This document shows positions 21,121-31,286 of a stretch of DNA of 64,000 nt, in pieces. The translations under genes and the position numbers were made by a program. This DNA comes from a virus (lineage: Duplodnaviria > Heunggongvirae > Uroviricota > Caudoviricetes), in the IMG/VR virus record IMGVR_UViG_3300037483_001818. One strand, given 5' to 3'. Position 1 is the first letter of the stretch; each line of letters starts with the position of its first letter. Under the pieces are notes generated by a model. The model did not search any database. It had not been told where the DNA came from and saw only the letters and a program-made list of their open reading frames with translations.

Positions 21121-21454
21121 CCATGGTTGCACCGATCGAAGGGAAGTCGTGACGCTCCTCAACGTGTGCTGGTGGTGGTTGTCGTTTGCGGATCCTTCAC
21201 GTCCGCGCGGCATGCAGTTCCTCGGCGTCGCGGCGGTGCGTGCGACGAATCTCGCAGCTGCGGTAGATGCTGCTTGGCGAGCGGGCTGCAATCCAGGCGG
21301 ACAGGTTCGTGGAACTACGATGGCCGATAGCTATGGGGCACCACCGTCTGAGCTGGATCATCGCCTTGTCTCCGATCCGAGCGACATCGACCGCTTGACG
21401 CGTGCCTGGACCGGTAAGGGCGCCGCACGCACCTCGCGCTACGAGGAGAGCTGA
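21110..21454 (+). CDS. hypothetical protein
   Basis: WWWLSFADP...FLGV...AWRAGCNPGG. Confidence 0.6.
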   Translation: MGTNHGCTDRREVVTLLNVCWWWLSFADPSRPRGMQFLGVAAVRATNLAAAVDAAWRAGCNPGGQVRGTTMADSYGAPPSELDHRLVSDPSDIDRLTRAWTGKGAARTSRYEES

Positions 21455-21458
21455 GCTA

Positions 21459-21779
21459 ATGACTAAGCCTCGTGACAGCACGACGAAGACACTGCCACGG
21501 CCGCGTCGTCGGAAGAGCGTGCTTGCTGGCCCGATGCGCAAGGTGGTCTACATCTTCGAGCGCGAGGGCGATCGGGGCGGTAGGATCTGGTGGCTCGTGC
21601 TTGATTGCGGCCATTCGGTCGCGCGCAAGTGTCCAGTGGTCAACCGTCGGACGGTGATGATCCACTCGGCCACTGGGATGCGCGCTCCGAAACGTTGCGT
21701 GTGCCACTACTGCGGATCGGGGCACGCGAAGCAAAATCCGTCCATTCTGGTCAAGATGCTCGGGGGCTCCGCCCCGTGA
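21459..21779 (+). CDS. zinc-binding hypothetical protein
   Basis: LDCGH...CHYC; GAGGAG SD. Confidence 0.6.
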   Translation: MTKPRDSTTKTLPRPRRRKSVLAGPMRKVVYIFEREGDRGGRIWWLVLDCGHSVARKCPVVNRRTVMIHSATGMRAPKRCVCHYCGSGHAKQNPSILVKMLGGSAP

Positions 21780-22150
21780 CGCAGGTCTACATCACCGTCG
21801 ACCACTTCGGCAGGAAGCCGGCCGACTCGCGTCCGCTCTGCCAGGGCTGCACGCCCGCCACGGTCGACGGCCGGTCGGAGCTGTCGTTCGTTCCCGCGCG
21901 TGCCGAGTACCAGATCGTTGGCGCCTCGGGCACGATCGTGTTCTGTCGTGACTGTGCGATCCACGCGGTCAAGTCGCTCGCCGCGCGCTTCGTGCTGTTC
22001 GATCCGCGCGCGACCCGCGACCTCATGGATTTCTTCGCGGCCGAGGCGACGAAGAAGCGGCCGGCGACGCGTAGGAAGAAGACGGCAGTCAAGCGTGTGA
22101 TCAACGTTGCCCCGCCGGTCCTCCTAGAGAGAAAGAAGAAGGTGCCGTGA
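21776..22150 (+). CDS. zinc-binding hypothetical protein
   Basis: CQGC...CRDC. Confidence 0.6.
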   Translation: MTQVYITVDHFGRKPADSRPLCQGCTPATVDGRSELSFVPARAEYQIVGASGTIVFCRDCAIHAVKSLAARFVLFDPRATRDLMDFFAAEATKKRPATRRKKTAVKRVINVAPPVLLERKKKVP

Positions 22151-22467
22151 TCGATCTTGCCATCTTGCACGATCGCTTGCGGACGGTGCTCCCCCAGCTC
22201 TCGATCAAGCACGGAGTGTTGGAGAACTCGGAGACACGCGTGCGTCATCCCGCACTAATCATCGAGACGGAGGAGCGCACGCCCGGTCACGTCTATCGGA
22301 TGTCGATCATGATCGTCGACGATCGTGTCAGCTTCTTTGTCCACGTGTGCGGCGAGAGCAAGGATCTCACCACGGAGGGCACGCAACATTTCAGCAAGGT
22401 GTGCGTTGATGACGACGAGGTGTTCATCATCGTACACAGCTGCTGGACCGGAGATTTGGCAGCGTGA
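22147..22467 (+). CDS. hypothetical protein
   Basis: Overlap chain. Confidence 0.6.
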   Translation: MIDLAILHDRLRTVLPQLSIKHGVLENSETRVRHPALIIETEERTPGHVYRMSIMIVDDRVSFFVHVCGESKDLTTEGTQHFSKVCVDDDEVFIIVHSCWTGDLAA

Positions 22468-22905
22468 CCGGAGACCCTGGAGCCCCGTGCAGTACCTCGA
22501 CGTCGAGGCGGCACCGGAAGCACTTTGCGTGGCTGCTCACCTGGCAGCTGCGCCTCGTCGAGGTGATCGGAGTGACGTCGTGAGGGCGAAGTGCGAGCAC
22601 GGCTACTTCACGAGCGAGCCGTGTCCATGGTGCCTTGGCAATGATCCCGGCGATGTCGTGCCGGTGAACGGGCACGGCAATGGTTGGCTGTTGCGCCTGG
22701 GGAATCCTGTCTGCCCGAGCTGTGGAGGTCCAGGCAAGGCGGGATGGGGCATGTATGTCGACATCAACATCTCCGCGTTGGCAAGCAGGCACATGTGTAC
22801 CTGCTATGTGTGCAGGATCGGCGACAACACGGTCGAGGCGATCGCGCGTCGTGCTGTGCATGAGGAGCAGCGGGGCGTCAGGAAGCAGCGGGGGAGCAAG
22901 GCGCG

Positions 22906-23175
22906 ATGAGCAAACGACGTTTCACCGTCGTCGATCTTGGGACGCAGCTCGATAGCCAGCGCCGCTTCGCGGTGTGGGACGTGCGGGTATCGCGGTTCTG
23001 GAAGATCAACGGCCATCAGACGTGGGCGTACGTCGACGATCTCGTGACTGACTTCAAGGTGGTGCTGCCTGTTGAGGCGAAGTCCCAGGTGATTTTTCTC
23101 GCGCAGCGCGACGATCTCGTGGAGCAAGCTTTCCTTTTGGGCTTTGCTCGGGATCTTGATTGGGAGGATGCGTGA
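22906..23175 (+). CDS. hypothetical protein
   Basis: Overlap chain. Confidence 0.6.
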   Translation: MSKRRFTVVDLGTQLDSQRRFAVWDVRVSRFWKINGHQTWAYVDDLVTDFKVVLPVEAKSQVIFLAQRDDLVEQAFLLGFARDLDWEDA

Positions 23176-23373
23176 AGCCAACGAATCCCATGACACCGCG
23201 CGCGATCGTTTGCCCGAACTGCGGTGCGCAGATCGGAGACGTTTGCATGACGTACGTAGAACCTGATTGCGCAAGCGACCTTGCGATGCGCGTTCCGCTC
23301 TACTGTGCCGATCGGATCGATGCGGCATTCACATGTCTCGTCGCCCACATCAGGCGTGAAAGGAGCAGCCGCG

Positions 23374-23706
23374 ATGAGTGAAAGAGACGCGTTGACGCTC
23401 AAGCAACTGACCGACCTCGTAGGCGTTGCGAGCGGTTGGAACGATCGCGCGAACATCACGTTTCGGCAAGAAATAGACCGATCGTCTGTACCGCACAGGT
23501 CCCGCGTCGCCGTGAGCGTCGAGATCTGTGGCGGGTCGGCGGCGGTGAGCGCGGATGGTGCGGATCATTGCAATGCGCTCATCGCGCTGCTCCAGAGGAT
23601 CGAGAGCCATCACCGCGAAATCCTGCGTTGGCACAAACAGCGGTGCGAGAAGGCGCGAGAGATTCTCGACGAGCACGGCATCTACTACGTGAAGGGAGCT
23701 TTGTAG
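23374..23706 (+). CDS. hypothetical protein
   Basis: AAGGAG SD. Confidence 0.6.
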   Translation: MSERDALTLKQLTDLVGVASGWNDRANITFRQEIDRSSVPHRSRVAVSVEICGGSAAVSADGADHCNALIALLQRIESHHREILRWHKQRCEKAREILDEHGIYYVKGAL

Positions 23707-24036
23707 ATGTACGCAGACATGGAGGGCGAAGCGGATCTGGCGTCCGTCGCAGCGACCATTCGCCGGCTCGACCTGACGTCGTGTGCCTTCGTCGGCGACA
23801 GCGGCTGCACCGATCCTGACTGCTGGCGCTGCCACTCGCCTCTCCGGCCCGAGAACCTGCGCATGCTCGCCGAGAACCTGGTGAGCGCAGCACTGCTTTG
23901 CTGGGCTTGGCAGCTGCGGGACACGTGCCCGACGTGGAAGCCGGGTTGCGGTGAGTTGCCGGTGCGGCTGCCTCCGCTCATGAAGGGGGCGCTCGCGTCT
24001 CCGCACATTGGGGCGTTTCTTAGGAGATCGCGATGA
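23707..24036 (+). CDS. hypothetical protein
   Basis: Abuts previous stop. Confidence 0.55.
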   Translation: MYADMEGEADLASVAATIRRLDLTSCAFVGDSGCTDPDCWRCHSPLRPENLRMLAENLVSAALLCWAWQLRDTCPTWKPGCGELPVRLPPLMKGALASPHIGAFLRRSR

Positions 24037-24401
24037 CCATCGAGGATCTGTGGCGCGACATGCACGACAGCCTTCGCGCGGCGCGTCGCGCCGAGCTGGC
24101 GCTCGGGACTCGTCGACGCGAGGACTATTTCGCCTACACGCGCAGCGCGGATGCTGGTCCTATCCGACCTTCGTGGTGGCGGCCGTTCGCGCGGATTCGG
24201 CACGCGCGGATGCTACGCACAGCCAAACTCCAGGCGCGGCGCTTTCAGGTGATCGGCGCATGTGACTCCTGCGTGTGGACGTTCGCATCTTTCAATCTTC
24301 CGTGCGGGATTCACCAGGCCGATGGGGAACGTGAACTCGCCTTCGAGCTTGTACGCTTACGCCGTATTCGGGAGTCAGGCGACGGGCAAGGAGGTTCGTG
24401 A
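24033..24401 (+). CDS. hypothetical protein
   Basis: AGGAG SD; overlap chain. Confidence 0.6.
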   Translation: MTIEDLWRDMHDSLRAARRAELALGTRRREDYFAYTRSADAGPIRPSWWRPFARIRHARMLRTAKLQARRFQVIGACDSCVWTFASFNLPCGIHQADGERELAFELVRLRRIRESGDGQGGS

Positions 24402-24586
24402 TGTTCGAGGTCGGTGTCCGTGATCGTTGTCGACGGGAAGAAGATCTGCCCGTGCTATCGCGGTACAGGTCAATACTGCTCCACGTGGCCGCGTTTCTTC
24501 TCGCCGTGCTGGGAATGCCGGGGCACAGGCAAGGTACCTAACTACCACTCGGTGCCCGACAACGCCCCGATCGTCATGGAGGTCAA

Positions 24587-24877
24587 GTGATGGACACCAA
24601 ATCAGCACGCAACATCGCACGGCACGACGCCCCGCCGGGCCGCTACTCCAAGCTCGTCAAGGACGTTGCGGCCTGCGCGTTCTGCGACAACGGCGCAATG
24701 ATCCCGTGGAGCGACATTGAGTCAGCGCTGGACGCGGACCGCGGTGCAGGCTTTGCTGATCCGACGCACGACGAGGTGACGTTACTCATCCAGGGCGGCG
24801 ACGACGGAATGCCGCCGTCAGAACTGTGTGCAGCACATCCCGCGCTTGATGCGTTGCTCACCAGGGAGATGACCTAG
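24587..24877 (+). CDS. hypothetical protein
   Basis: GGAGG SD. Confidence 0.6.
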   Translation: MMDTKSARNIARHDAPPGRYSKLVKDVAACAFCDNGAMIPWSDIESALDADRGAGFADPTHDEVTLLIQGGDDGMPPSELCAAHPALDALLTREMT

Positions 24878-24879
24878 CA

Positions 24880-25155
24880 ATGACGATCGGCGCTGCGATG
24901 ATCGAACGACGTCGGCGTTTCCCGAACTACGCCACGCCGGCCGAGAGCCTGCCAACGAAGCGGTGGGACGCGGGGATCAAACTACTGCGGCGGATCGCCG
25001 CTGGTCTTCCGCTGGGTCCTCTGTATCGTGCCAAGCGTTCGACGTTCCAACGCCTGTATGTCGAGGGACTGATCGACGACAGCGGGACTTCGGGCGGCTG
25101 GAAGATCACCGAGCCCGGCAGGGAGTTCCTGTTCCGGCTGGATGGAGGCTGTTGA
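24880..25155 (+). CDS. winged-helix-like hypothetical protein
   Basis: RLYVEGLI...WKITEPGREFL. Confidence 0.55.
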   Translation: MTIGAAMIERRRRFPNYATPAESLPTKRWDAGIKLLRRIAAGLPLGPLYRAKRSTFQRLYVEGLIDDSGTSGGWKITEPGREFLFRLDGGC

Positions 25156-25592
25156 TGAGTACCGACGTGACGGCCCCCGAGCACGAGATGCTGAATGATC
25201 TCCAAGAGGGCCGAGCCTCGATGCCGCGAGAGGGCGCCGACGTCGATGCGATCCCGCTCACGCCGAAAGAGCGTGTTGCTGCGCTGGCGTTCGCTGATCG
25301 GATTTACGCTTCGGTCGTGAACGATGAGTCGATGTCACGCACGTTCCTTGCTGCGTACATCGGCGATACCGGGCCGAAGTTGAGCCAGATCGACCAGGCG
25401 AAGCTGCTCCAGCTCGCGCAGCAATGCCGCGATCTGCGTGCGGCGCTCGTGCGGGCATGCGAGATCGCCGCGCAGAAGCTGGATGACGAGCGCGGCGAGG
25501 TAATCAATCGAGGCGGCTACCTTGATCCCAAATACCAACCGAAGCGATCAGCAATCGCTGAGCTGCTCTCGATCGCGGAGCCGATGTCGTGA
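25155..25592 (+). CDS. hypothetical protein
   Basis: GGAGG SD; TGATG overlap. Confidence 0.6.
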   Translation: MSTDVTAPEHEMLNDLQEGRASMPREGADVDAIPLTPKERVAALAFADRIYASVVNDESMSRTFLAAYIGDTGPKLSQIDQAKLLQLAQQCRDLRAALVRACEIAAQKLDDERGEVINRGGYLDPKYQPKRSAIAELLSIAEPMS

Positions 25593-25694
25593 TTACCGGG
25601 CTACTCAAGCTCGCAGGGTGCGAGCTCGCGCCACACACGGTCCGCGAGTATGCCCTGATCGTGGCTTGGCTGATCGGTCGGAGGCGTGAACGCG

Positions 25695-26012
25695 GTGAGT
25701 GACACAAAGCCGTATCCCGAGACAGCGATCCAGGCCGCTCTCGATGCAAACGATCCAAGCAAGGCGCTGGACATCGCCCTCGAAGCCGCGGGAAGGTGGC
25801 GCCCACATTCGACGCCGACAGATCCATCGCACTGCCGTGTGTGATCTGCCGGACGGATCGGCACATACACCCGACGGATGGGCGGTAACCTCAAGCCCGG
25901 CGATCGCATCATGAGGCCGATGTGCGCTAGATGCGAACAGCGCACCGCGGTGTCGGACCAAGAAGCGAGATCTGCCGTTGCAGCGGAGGTTGATGATCCG
26001 CTAACAAGATGA
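25695..26012 (+). pseudogene. zinc-finger gene interrupted by in-frame TGA (25842-25844)
   Basis: HCRV*SAG...PMCARC: the TGA occupies the second Cys position of a CxxC pair. Confidence 0.45.
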
Positions 26013-26029
26013 TAGACGTTTAGGCGGAC

Positions 26030-26218
26030 ATGTTCGAGCCTAAACGTGCGAGCCAAGACAACCTTACGAACTACATCGGCGCTCGAGTAACGGATACCGA
26101 AGAGGCGTGGCTGCGCGCGGAGATGAAGAAGCGCAAGTTGACCATGAGCGATCTGATCAGGCTCGCGCTCGGGAGTCTTCACGTCTCCAAGGTCGAAGCG
26201 GCACGGAGCGCGAAATGA
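26030..26218 (+). CDS. ribbon-helix-helix DNA-binding protein
   Basis: YIGARVTDTEEAWL...LTMSDLIRLAL. Confidence 0.6.
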   Translation: MFEPKRASQDNLTNYIGARVTDTEEAWLRAEMKKRKLTMSDLIRLALGSLHVSKVEAARSAK

Positions 26219-26508
26219 CGAACAACGCGAGCGAGGTGCTTGTCTGCATCACGTATCCACCACGACACGCGGGCGTAATCGTCTGCCTCGTTCACCTGAT
26301 GCAGATGGGAGACGCGGAGCTGCGGCAGGGCCTGCGTCACGACGAGATCTTGTCGGAGACGGTCGCGTTCCACGGTCATCGGTGCCTTATGTGCGGCGTC
26401 GACGCAGTGCTTGACCAGACGTGTGAGAACAATCGCTGCCGTCTCCCGTTACACCCGCAGTGGCCGGCAGTCTACTGCTGCAACGACTGTGCGCTGGAGG
26501 ACGCGTGA
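26215..26508 (+). CDS. Cys-rich hypothetical protein
   Basis: Overlap chain. Confidence 0.6.
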   Translation: MTNNASEVLVCITYPPRHAGVIVCLVHLMQMGDAELRQGLRHDEILSETVAFHGHRCLMCGVDAVLDQTCENNRCRLPLHPQWPAVYCCNDCALEDA

Positions 26509-26695
26509 CTCTTCCCAAAAGCGACGTGATCGTCAAGTGCTGCACGCAGATCGCCGACGAAGTGGTGCCTGAGTATCGTGGTGGCAAGCGCAGCTACTCC
26601 TGCACTGGACGCGTAGCGAAGCGGTGGCAGGCCGCGTGGGACGGCACGTGCGTCGCTCTTGGGCATGAGCCCAAGAATTATCGTCTGGAGACCAC

Positions 26696-27286
26696 GTGAC
26701 GCTGCTCGACGAAATTCTGAAGGTGTTCGCGGCCGAGCAGGTCAACCTCAAGGACGTTCCCGAGGGCGATCCGATGGCTGCGCTCGGCCGCCAGTGCGAG
26801 ACCCTGTTCACGGGTGGCGTGGACACGCTCCGATCGATCGTCCCGAATGATCGCATTCGCACGCTCGCGCGGGTCATCTGGGACCTCGTCGGGCACAAGC
26901 GCGTCCTGGTCGTGCTCGGTGCCGACGTGCCGTCGTTGTCGTTCACGGTCATGCTGCGCAACACCGTTCACCAGGGGCTCGTGTTGATCCCCAAGATTTG
27001 GCCCCAGATGGTCGAGCACGATCCGTTCATGCAGCTCGGCGCGATCCTGTTCGTTGGCGCGCAGGTCGTGGACTTCTACAACGAACGGCTACTCGATTCG
27101 ACTGGACGCGCGCGCTGGGAGGCGTACGAAGCGGAGCTCTATCGCGCACTCGTGCAGATGCTGCCGAGCTGGAAGCCGAACGAGTACCAGCGTGAGATTT
27201 TGGATCTCTATCCCGACGGCCTCGATACGCTGGGTGTCGATCTGTATGCGCCGCCGCCCTTTGAGCAGGCACGGGGAACCGCGTGA
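26696..27286 (+). CDS. hypothetical protein
   Basis: GGAG SD; overlap chain. Confidence 0.7.
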   Translation: MTLLDEILKVFAAEQVNLKDVPEGDPMAALGRQCETLFTGGVDTLRSIVPNDRIRTLARVIWDLVGHKRVLVVLGADVPSLSFTVMLRNTVHQGLVLIPKIWPQMVEHDPFMQLGAILFVGAQVVDFYNERLLDSTGRARWEAYEAELYRALVQMLPSWKPNEYQREILDLYPDGLDTLGVDLYAPPPFEQARGTA

Positions 27287-27537
27287 AGCCTCGCAAGTTG
27301 AAGCTTCCGTCTGGCACGTGGCGCTATCTCGTCGACAAAGACCACGTCACGACGCTGTGGTCACCAGCTGGCAGTCGCTATCGCGTCGGCTGGGATCACA
27401 CGTTCACCATCTGCATGTGCGACTGCCCGCCGGAATATCAGTGCTTCGGCAAAGGCTTCAGCCCGGGCGCGCTACGCCGCTTCATCGAGAAGCACCTGTT
27501 CGATCACTACGGTTTGCCCCGGCTGGAGATCGCGTGA
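27283..27537 (+). CDS. hypothetical protein
   Basis: Overlap chain. Confidence 0.6.
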   Translation: MKPRKLKLPSGTWRYLVDKDHVTTLWSPAGSRYRVGWDHTFTICMCDCPPEYQCFGKGFSPGALRRFIEKHLFDHYGLPRLEIA

Positions 27538-27785
27538 GCTGTCCGCACTGTGGCTCCGCGTGCGATCGCGTGAGTGCGCCGATCGGCGGCGGAGTGCTCC
27601 AGATTAGCGGCCCGTGGGGTTGTCGCAAATGCGGCTGGTCGGAGGCGCTGGAGTACGACTGCCGCGAAGGCGTTCGTATGGACGGACCTGATCGCGTGTT
27701 CGATCCATACGGCGTATCGCATCACCTTGATGACCTCAAGAACGGCGAATCGATCTTGACGGCGTTGAAGCGGAGCAAAGCGTGA
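27534..27785 (+). CDS. Zn-ribbon protein, tandem paralog A
   Basis: CPHCGS...GPWGCRKCGWSE..EYDCREGVR. Confidence 0.65.
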   Translation: MSCPHCGSACDRVSAPIGGGVLQISGPWGCRKCGWSEALEYDCREGVRMDGPDRVFDPYGVSHHLDDLKNGESILTALKRSKA

Positions 27786-28060
27786 TGGACAGATCGGCTC
27801 GTCAGGACTGTCTGCACTGCGGCTCCTCGTGCGTTCGCGACGCGGTCGACGTCGAAGTCGGCGTGAGGTACGGCCCTTGGGGCTGCGGCGAGTGTGGCTG
27901 GTCGGAGTGGCCGGAGTACGACAGCCGCGAAGGCGTCCGCCATGACGGCGACGATCGGGTGTTCGATCAGTACGGCATGAGCCACCATGTTGATCGGCTC
28001 GACGGCGCAGCAGTGCTGGTTGGTCTCAACGTGGCCAGCCGTGGTGAGGCGAAGCCGTGA
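27782..28060 (+). CDS. Zn-ribbon protein, tandem paralog B
   Basis: CLHCGS...GPWGCGECGWSEWPEYDSREGVR. Confidence 0.7.
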   Translation: MMDRSARQDCLHCGSSCVRDAVDVEVGVRYGPWGCGECGWSEWPEYDSREGVRHDGDDRVFDQYGMSHHVDRLDGAAVLVGLNVASRGEAKP

Positions 28061-28689
28061 CTCCCGAGTTGCATGCACTGCACGTTGCTGCGGGTTTGCG
28101 CGCGGGCCGAGATCGTACCTGCGCCAAGAAGATCGCGTACTCGTCCGAAGATTCTGCGACCGATGCGGCGAACGCGATGAATATAAAGCCGACCACGCGG
28201 AACGTCCTGGAGGCGTATCCATGTGCGTTCTGCAAGACGTGGCATATCGGCCGGAAGATGTCCGACGAGGAGCTGCACGCCATCGCGTATGCACAGCTCT
28301 CGACGGACGCGACGGACGACGAGTTGGAGCAGCAGCGCAGGCGCGCGGTCCTGGCGGCGTTCCAGACGGGGCGGCCTGTGTTCGCTGATTCCGAGGGTGA
28401 GCTGCACTATGCCGACGGAGATCAGGAGCCGGTCTCCGCCGACCTCGGAGTGTCCAAGCAGCCGGTCCTGCAAGCGACGTCGGTCGGGGCGACCGGCAGG
28501 GCGACGGACAGGATAGCGCGCGCGGCTCATCGCGCGTTCGTCGCGCAGGCGGCTGCTGCGCTCGTCAGCGCGGGCTGCGGCTTCTTCTACCATCCGTTGA
28601 TGTTTGTATGCGCGGCAGCCTTTGGTTGGAGCGCCATGGGTTTTCGTCGCTTTAGCCGCGTGCGCTCACGGCAGGAGCGCCTGCGATGA
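28057..28689 (+). CDS. zinc-finger protein with C-terminal TM segments
   Basis: CAKKIAY...AYPCAFCKTWHIGR. Confidence 0.65.
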   Translation: MTPELHALHVAAGLRAGRDRTCAKKIAYSSEDSATDAANAMNIKPTTRNVLEAYPCAFCKTWHIGRKMSDEELHAIAYAQLSTDATDDELEQQRRRAVLAAFQTGRPVFADSEGELHYADGDQEPVSADLGVSKQPVLQATSVGATGRATDRIARAAHRAFVAQAAAALVSAGCGFFYHPLMFVCAAAFGWSAMGFRRFSRVRSRQERLR

Positions 28690-28833
28690 CCGTCGACACT
28701 GGTAAGGTCTCCGGCCTTTGGTACCCGTGGCAGTTTGCATGCGCCGTCGTTTTGCCGGCAGCGCCGTCGCGTTTCGCCAAGTCGACCAGCGACAGCGCAC
28801 GTTGATCGCCCTTTCGAACTCTTCCAAGGAAGC

Positions 28834-29067
28834 ATGACCGTCCCCGTCAAACCACGCGCCACGCTGCGCAACTCCCAGGCGCTTGTGTGCGCCGTGTACC
28901 CCATGGCTCGCGTCGAGGGTCACACGACAAACGACCGCAAGCGCTACTACTTGATTCGCACGAAATACGGCGAGCAGGATCACTGCGGTAACGGCAACAC
29001 GAAGGCGCAGGCATGGAAGGCTGCCGCGATCAACCTCGGACTCGGCCATGACGACGGTGAGGCGTGA
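28834..29067 (+). CDS. hypothetical protein
   Basis: AAGGA SD. Confidence 0.55.
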   Translation: MTVPVKPRATLRNSQALVCAVYPMARVEGHTTNDRKRYYLIRTKYGEQDHCGNGNTKAQAWKAAAINLGLGHDDGEA

Positions 29068-30116
29068 AGATGCCCGAGGCCAAGAACAAACTCCTGACGC
29101 GGGACGAGTATCGCGAGAGCGTGTTTGCTCGAGATGGCCACCGTTGCGTCGTTTGCGGAGCCCGCGCCGTTGATGCGCACCATATTATCGAGCGAAAGCT
29201 CTGGCCTGACGGCGGCTACTATCTCGATAATGGCGCCTCGGTTTGCGGAGGCTGTCACTTGCTCGCTGAGTCGACCGAAATCTCGTGCGACGAGCTGCGC
29301 ATGCATTGCAGCATCGATCGTGTACTCCTGCCCGATCATTTCTGCCCAGGGGAGCCGATCGACAAATGGGGAAACCCGATCTTGCCGAGCGGTCAGCGGT
29401 TGCGCGGCGAGCTGTTCGACGACGAGGGCGTTCTGAAGATTCTCACGCCGGTGCTGCACTTGTTCACCTCGCGCGTGAAGTACGCCCGAACGTTTCATCT
29501 GCCTTGGTCCCCGGGTGCAACAGCCGATGATCGGGTGATGTTCGACCCGGACGTGGCGTTCGGCGGCTCCGAGATCGTGGTGACCGAGAAGGTTGACGGA
29601 GAATGCTCGACGCTGTATCGCGACTACCTTCACGCACGAAGCCTCGACTACGCGCCTCATCCGTCACGCGATCGTCTTCGCGCGCTCCACGCCACGATCG
29701 CGCACGACATCCCAGACGGATGGCGATTGTGCGGCGAGAACGTCTACGCGCAGCACTCGATCGCGTACAACGCGCTGCCGTCGCACTTCCTTCTGTTTTC
29801 AGTCTGGAACGATCGCAACGAGTGCTTGAGCTGGGACGAGACGGTTACGTGGGCGCAGCTCCTGGGCCTTCACACCGTCCCCGTGATCGCGCGCGGGATC
29901 TGGAACGAAGCTCACGTGCGGCTTTCCGACAGCGTGACCAAAAGCCAGCTCGGCGGAGATCGCGAAGGCTACGTCGTTCGTCTCGCGGCCGGCTTCCACT
30001 ACCGCACGTTTCGTCGTTCGGTCGCCAAGTACGTACGCAAAGGCCACGTTACGACCGACGATCACTGGTCGCACCGCAATGTGGTCCCCAATCGCTTGCA
30101 CGGAGATCACGCATGA
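29064..30116 (+). CDS. HNH endonuclease - RNA ligase fusion protein
   Basis: N-terminal VFARDGHRCVVC...DAHHI...NGASVCGGCH; C-terminal TEKVDGE, CGEN, EGYVVR, KYVR. Confidence 0.85.
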   Translation: MKMPEAKNKLLTRDEYRESVFARDGHRCVVCGARAVDAHHIIERKLWPDGGYYLDNGASVCGGCHLLAESTEISCDELRMHCSIDRVLLPDHFCPGEPIDKWGNPILPSGQRLRGELFDDEGVLKILTPVLHLFTSRVKYARTFHLPWSPGATADDRVMFDPDVAFGGSEIVVTEKVDGECSTLYRDYLHARSLDYAPHPSRDRLRALHATIAHDIPDGWRLCGENVYAQHSIAYNALPSHFLLFSVWNDRNECLSWDETVTWAQLLGLHTVPVIARGIWNEAHVRLSDSVTKSQLGGDREGYVVRLAAGFHYRTFRRSVAKYVRKGHVTTDDHWSHRNVVPNRLHGDHA

Positions 30117-30391
30117 TCGACTACACGCGCTCGACCCCGCATCAGCTCGGTGGCAGAGATATCCACCGCTACGATGCCAAGGTCGGGATCTTCTTCGTCG
30201 GCGCACAGGACAATGGCGAGGGCTGGTGGAACTGGTGGGTCGCCCTCGTGGAGCAGGGTCCAGCGGCCGGTGATCACGCAATCGTCGACGGTGGCGGGAC
30301 GCTGAGCTGGGAGACGGCGCGCCGTGACATCGAGCAGGTCCTACGTGATGTTGCTGAGGGCCTTCTGAAGGCGTTGCTGAGTCGTGACTGA
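30113..30391 (+). CDS. hypothetical protein
   Basis: Overlap chain. Confidence 0.6.
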   Translation: MIDYTRSTPHQLGGRDIHRYDAKVGIFFVGAQDNGEGWWNWWVALVEQGPAAGDHAIVDGGGTLSWETARRDIEQVLRDVAEGLLKALLSRD

Positions 30392-31286
30392 CGTCGAAAA
30401 CTTGCTCGCCAAAGCGCGCTGGCGACAAGAGCTCAACAAGCGCGGCTACGAAGGAAGGCTGCCCGTGTCATCTGAGCGTCTCTCTGAAGCACTTCGCACG
30501 GAACTCCGCGCGATCCTCGACAACGACGGCAAGCCGTTCGACCTCCAGGTCGCGCGGCACGTGTACGACTTCGCGATCGCCGCGAAGGATCTGCTCACGG
30601 TATCCGTCAAGAGCGTCGAGGATGCGATGAGGGTTGTCGCCGACAACAACGGCGCGATGGAATCGCTCATCGGAGCCGACGATCCACAGCCGCCCGAGCA
30701 GATCAGCGAGACGTTCGGCGCGCGCATGTTGCGCGAGCTGCTCGCCACGCTGCCCGTGATGCTTCGCAAGAACAACGAAGATCTGCACGCGCTGGTCGGC
30801 GCGATCGCGGACGCACGTGATCGGGGAATGCTCGACATCGCTTCCAAGCTGGAGCAGCGGCTGCTCGGGACACCGCTCGAGCCGTCCAAGATCACGCGTG
30901 CGGAGATCGTGCACGACAGCTTCGAGCACGGCTTCATCGACGGCTCGATGCAGGACAACTTCGATCGGGGCACCATCAACGGCCACGTGTCCCGCGATGA
31001 AGGATCGTGGTCGCCCGCGTACCGCGAGGGCTACGAGGCCGGACAAGCGCGCCGCGCGCTCAAGGACGCCGCGCCCCCACCGGATGTCTCTCCACCGGTG
31101 AGCGTTGCACGACCACCGCGCGTGCGATCGCCACCTTCCGTGCGCGGAATCGATATCTGCGCGGGCTGCGGCAGTCGCGAATGTTTCAATGTCTGCTGCC
31201 ATCCGTCGAACAAACTGCGAGAGTCGAACAAACTGCGAGAGTCGTCGAACGGGCGGCACATCCTGCCCAGCGGAGACGCGCCGTGA
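30384..31286 (+). CDS. hypothetical protein
   Basis: 300-aa ORF; 18-bp tandem duplication at 31205-31240. Confidence 0.7.
   Translation: MTDVENLLAKARWRQELNKRGYEGRLPVSSERLSEALRTELRAILDNDGKPFDLQVARHVYDFAIAAKDLLTVSVKSVEDAMRVVADNNGAMESLIGADDPQPPEQISETFGARMLRELLATLPVMLRKNNEDLHALVGAIADARDRGMLDIASKLEQRLLGTPLEPSKITRAEIVHDSFEHGFIDGSMQDNFDRGTINGHVSRDEGSWSPAYREGYEAGQARRALKDAAPPPDVSPPVSVARPPRVRSPPSVRGIDICAGCGSRECFNVCCHPSNKLRESNKLRESSNGRHILPSGDAP

Noticed and set aside
31205-31244. 18-bp tandem duplication (SNKLRE x2)
   Set aside because: Simple in-frame slippage in a low-complexity tail.
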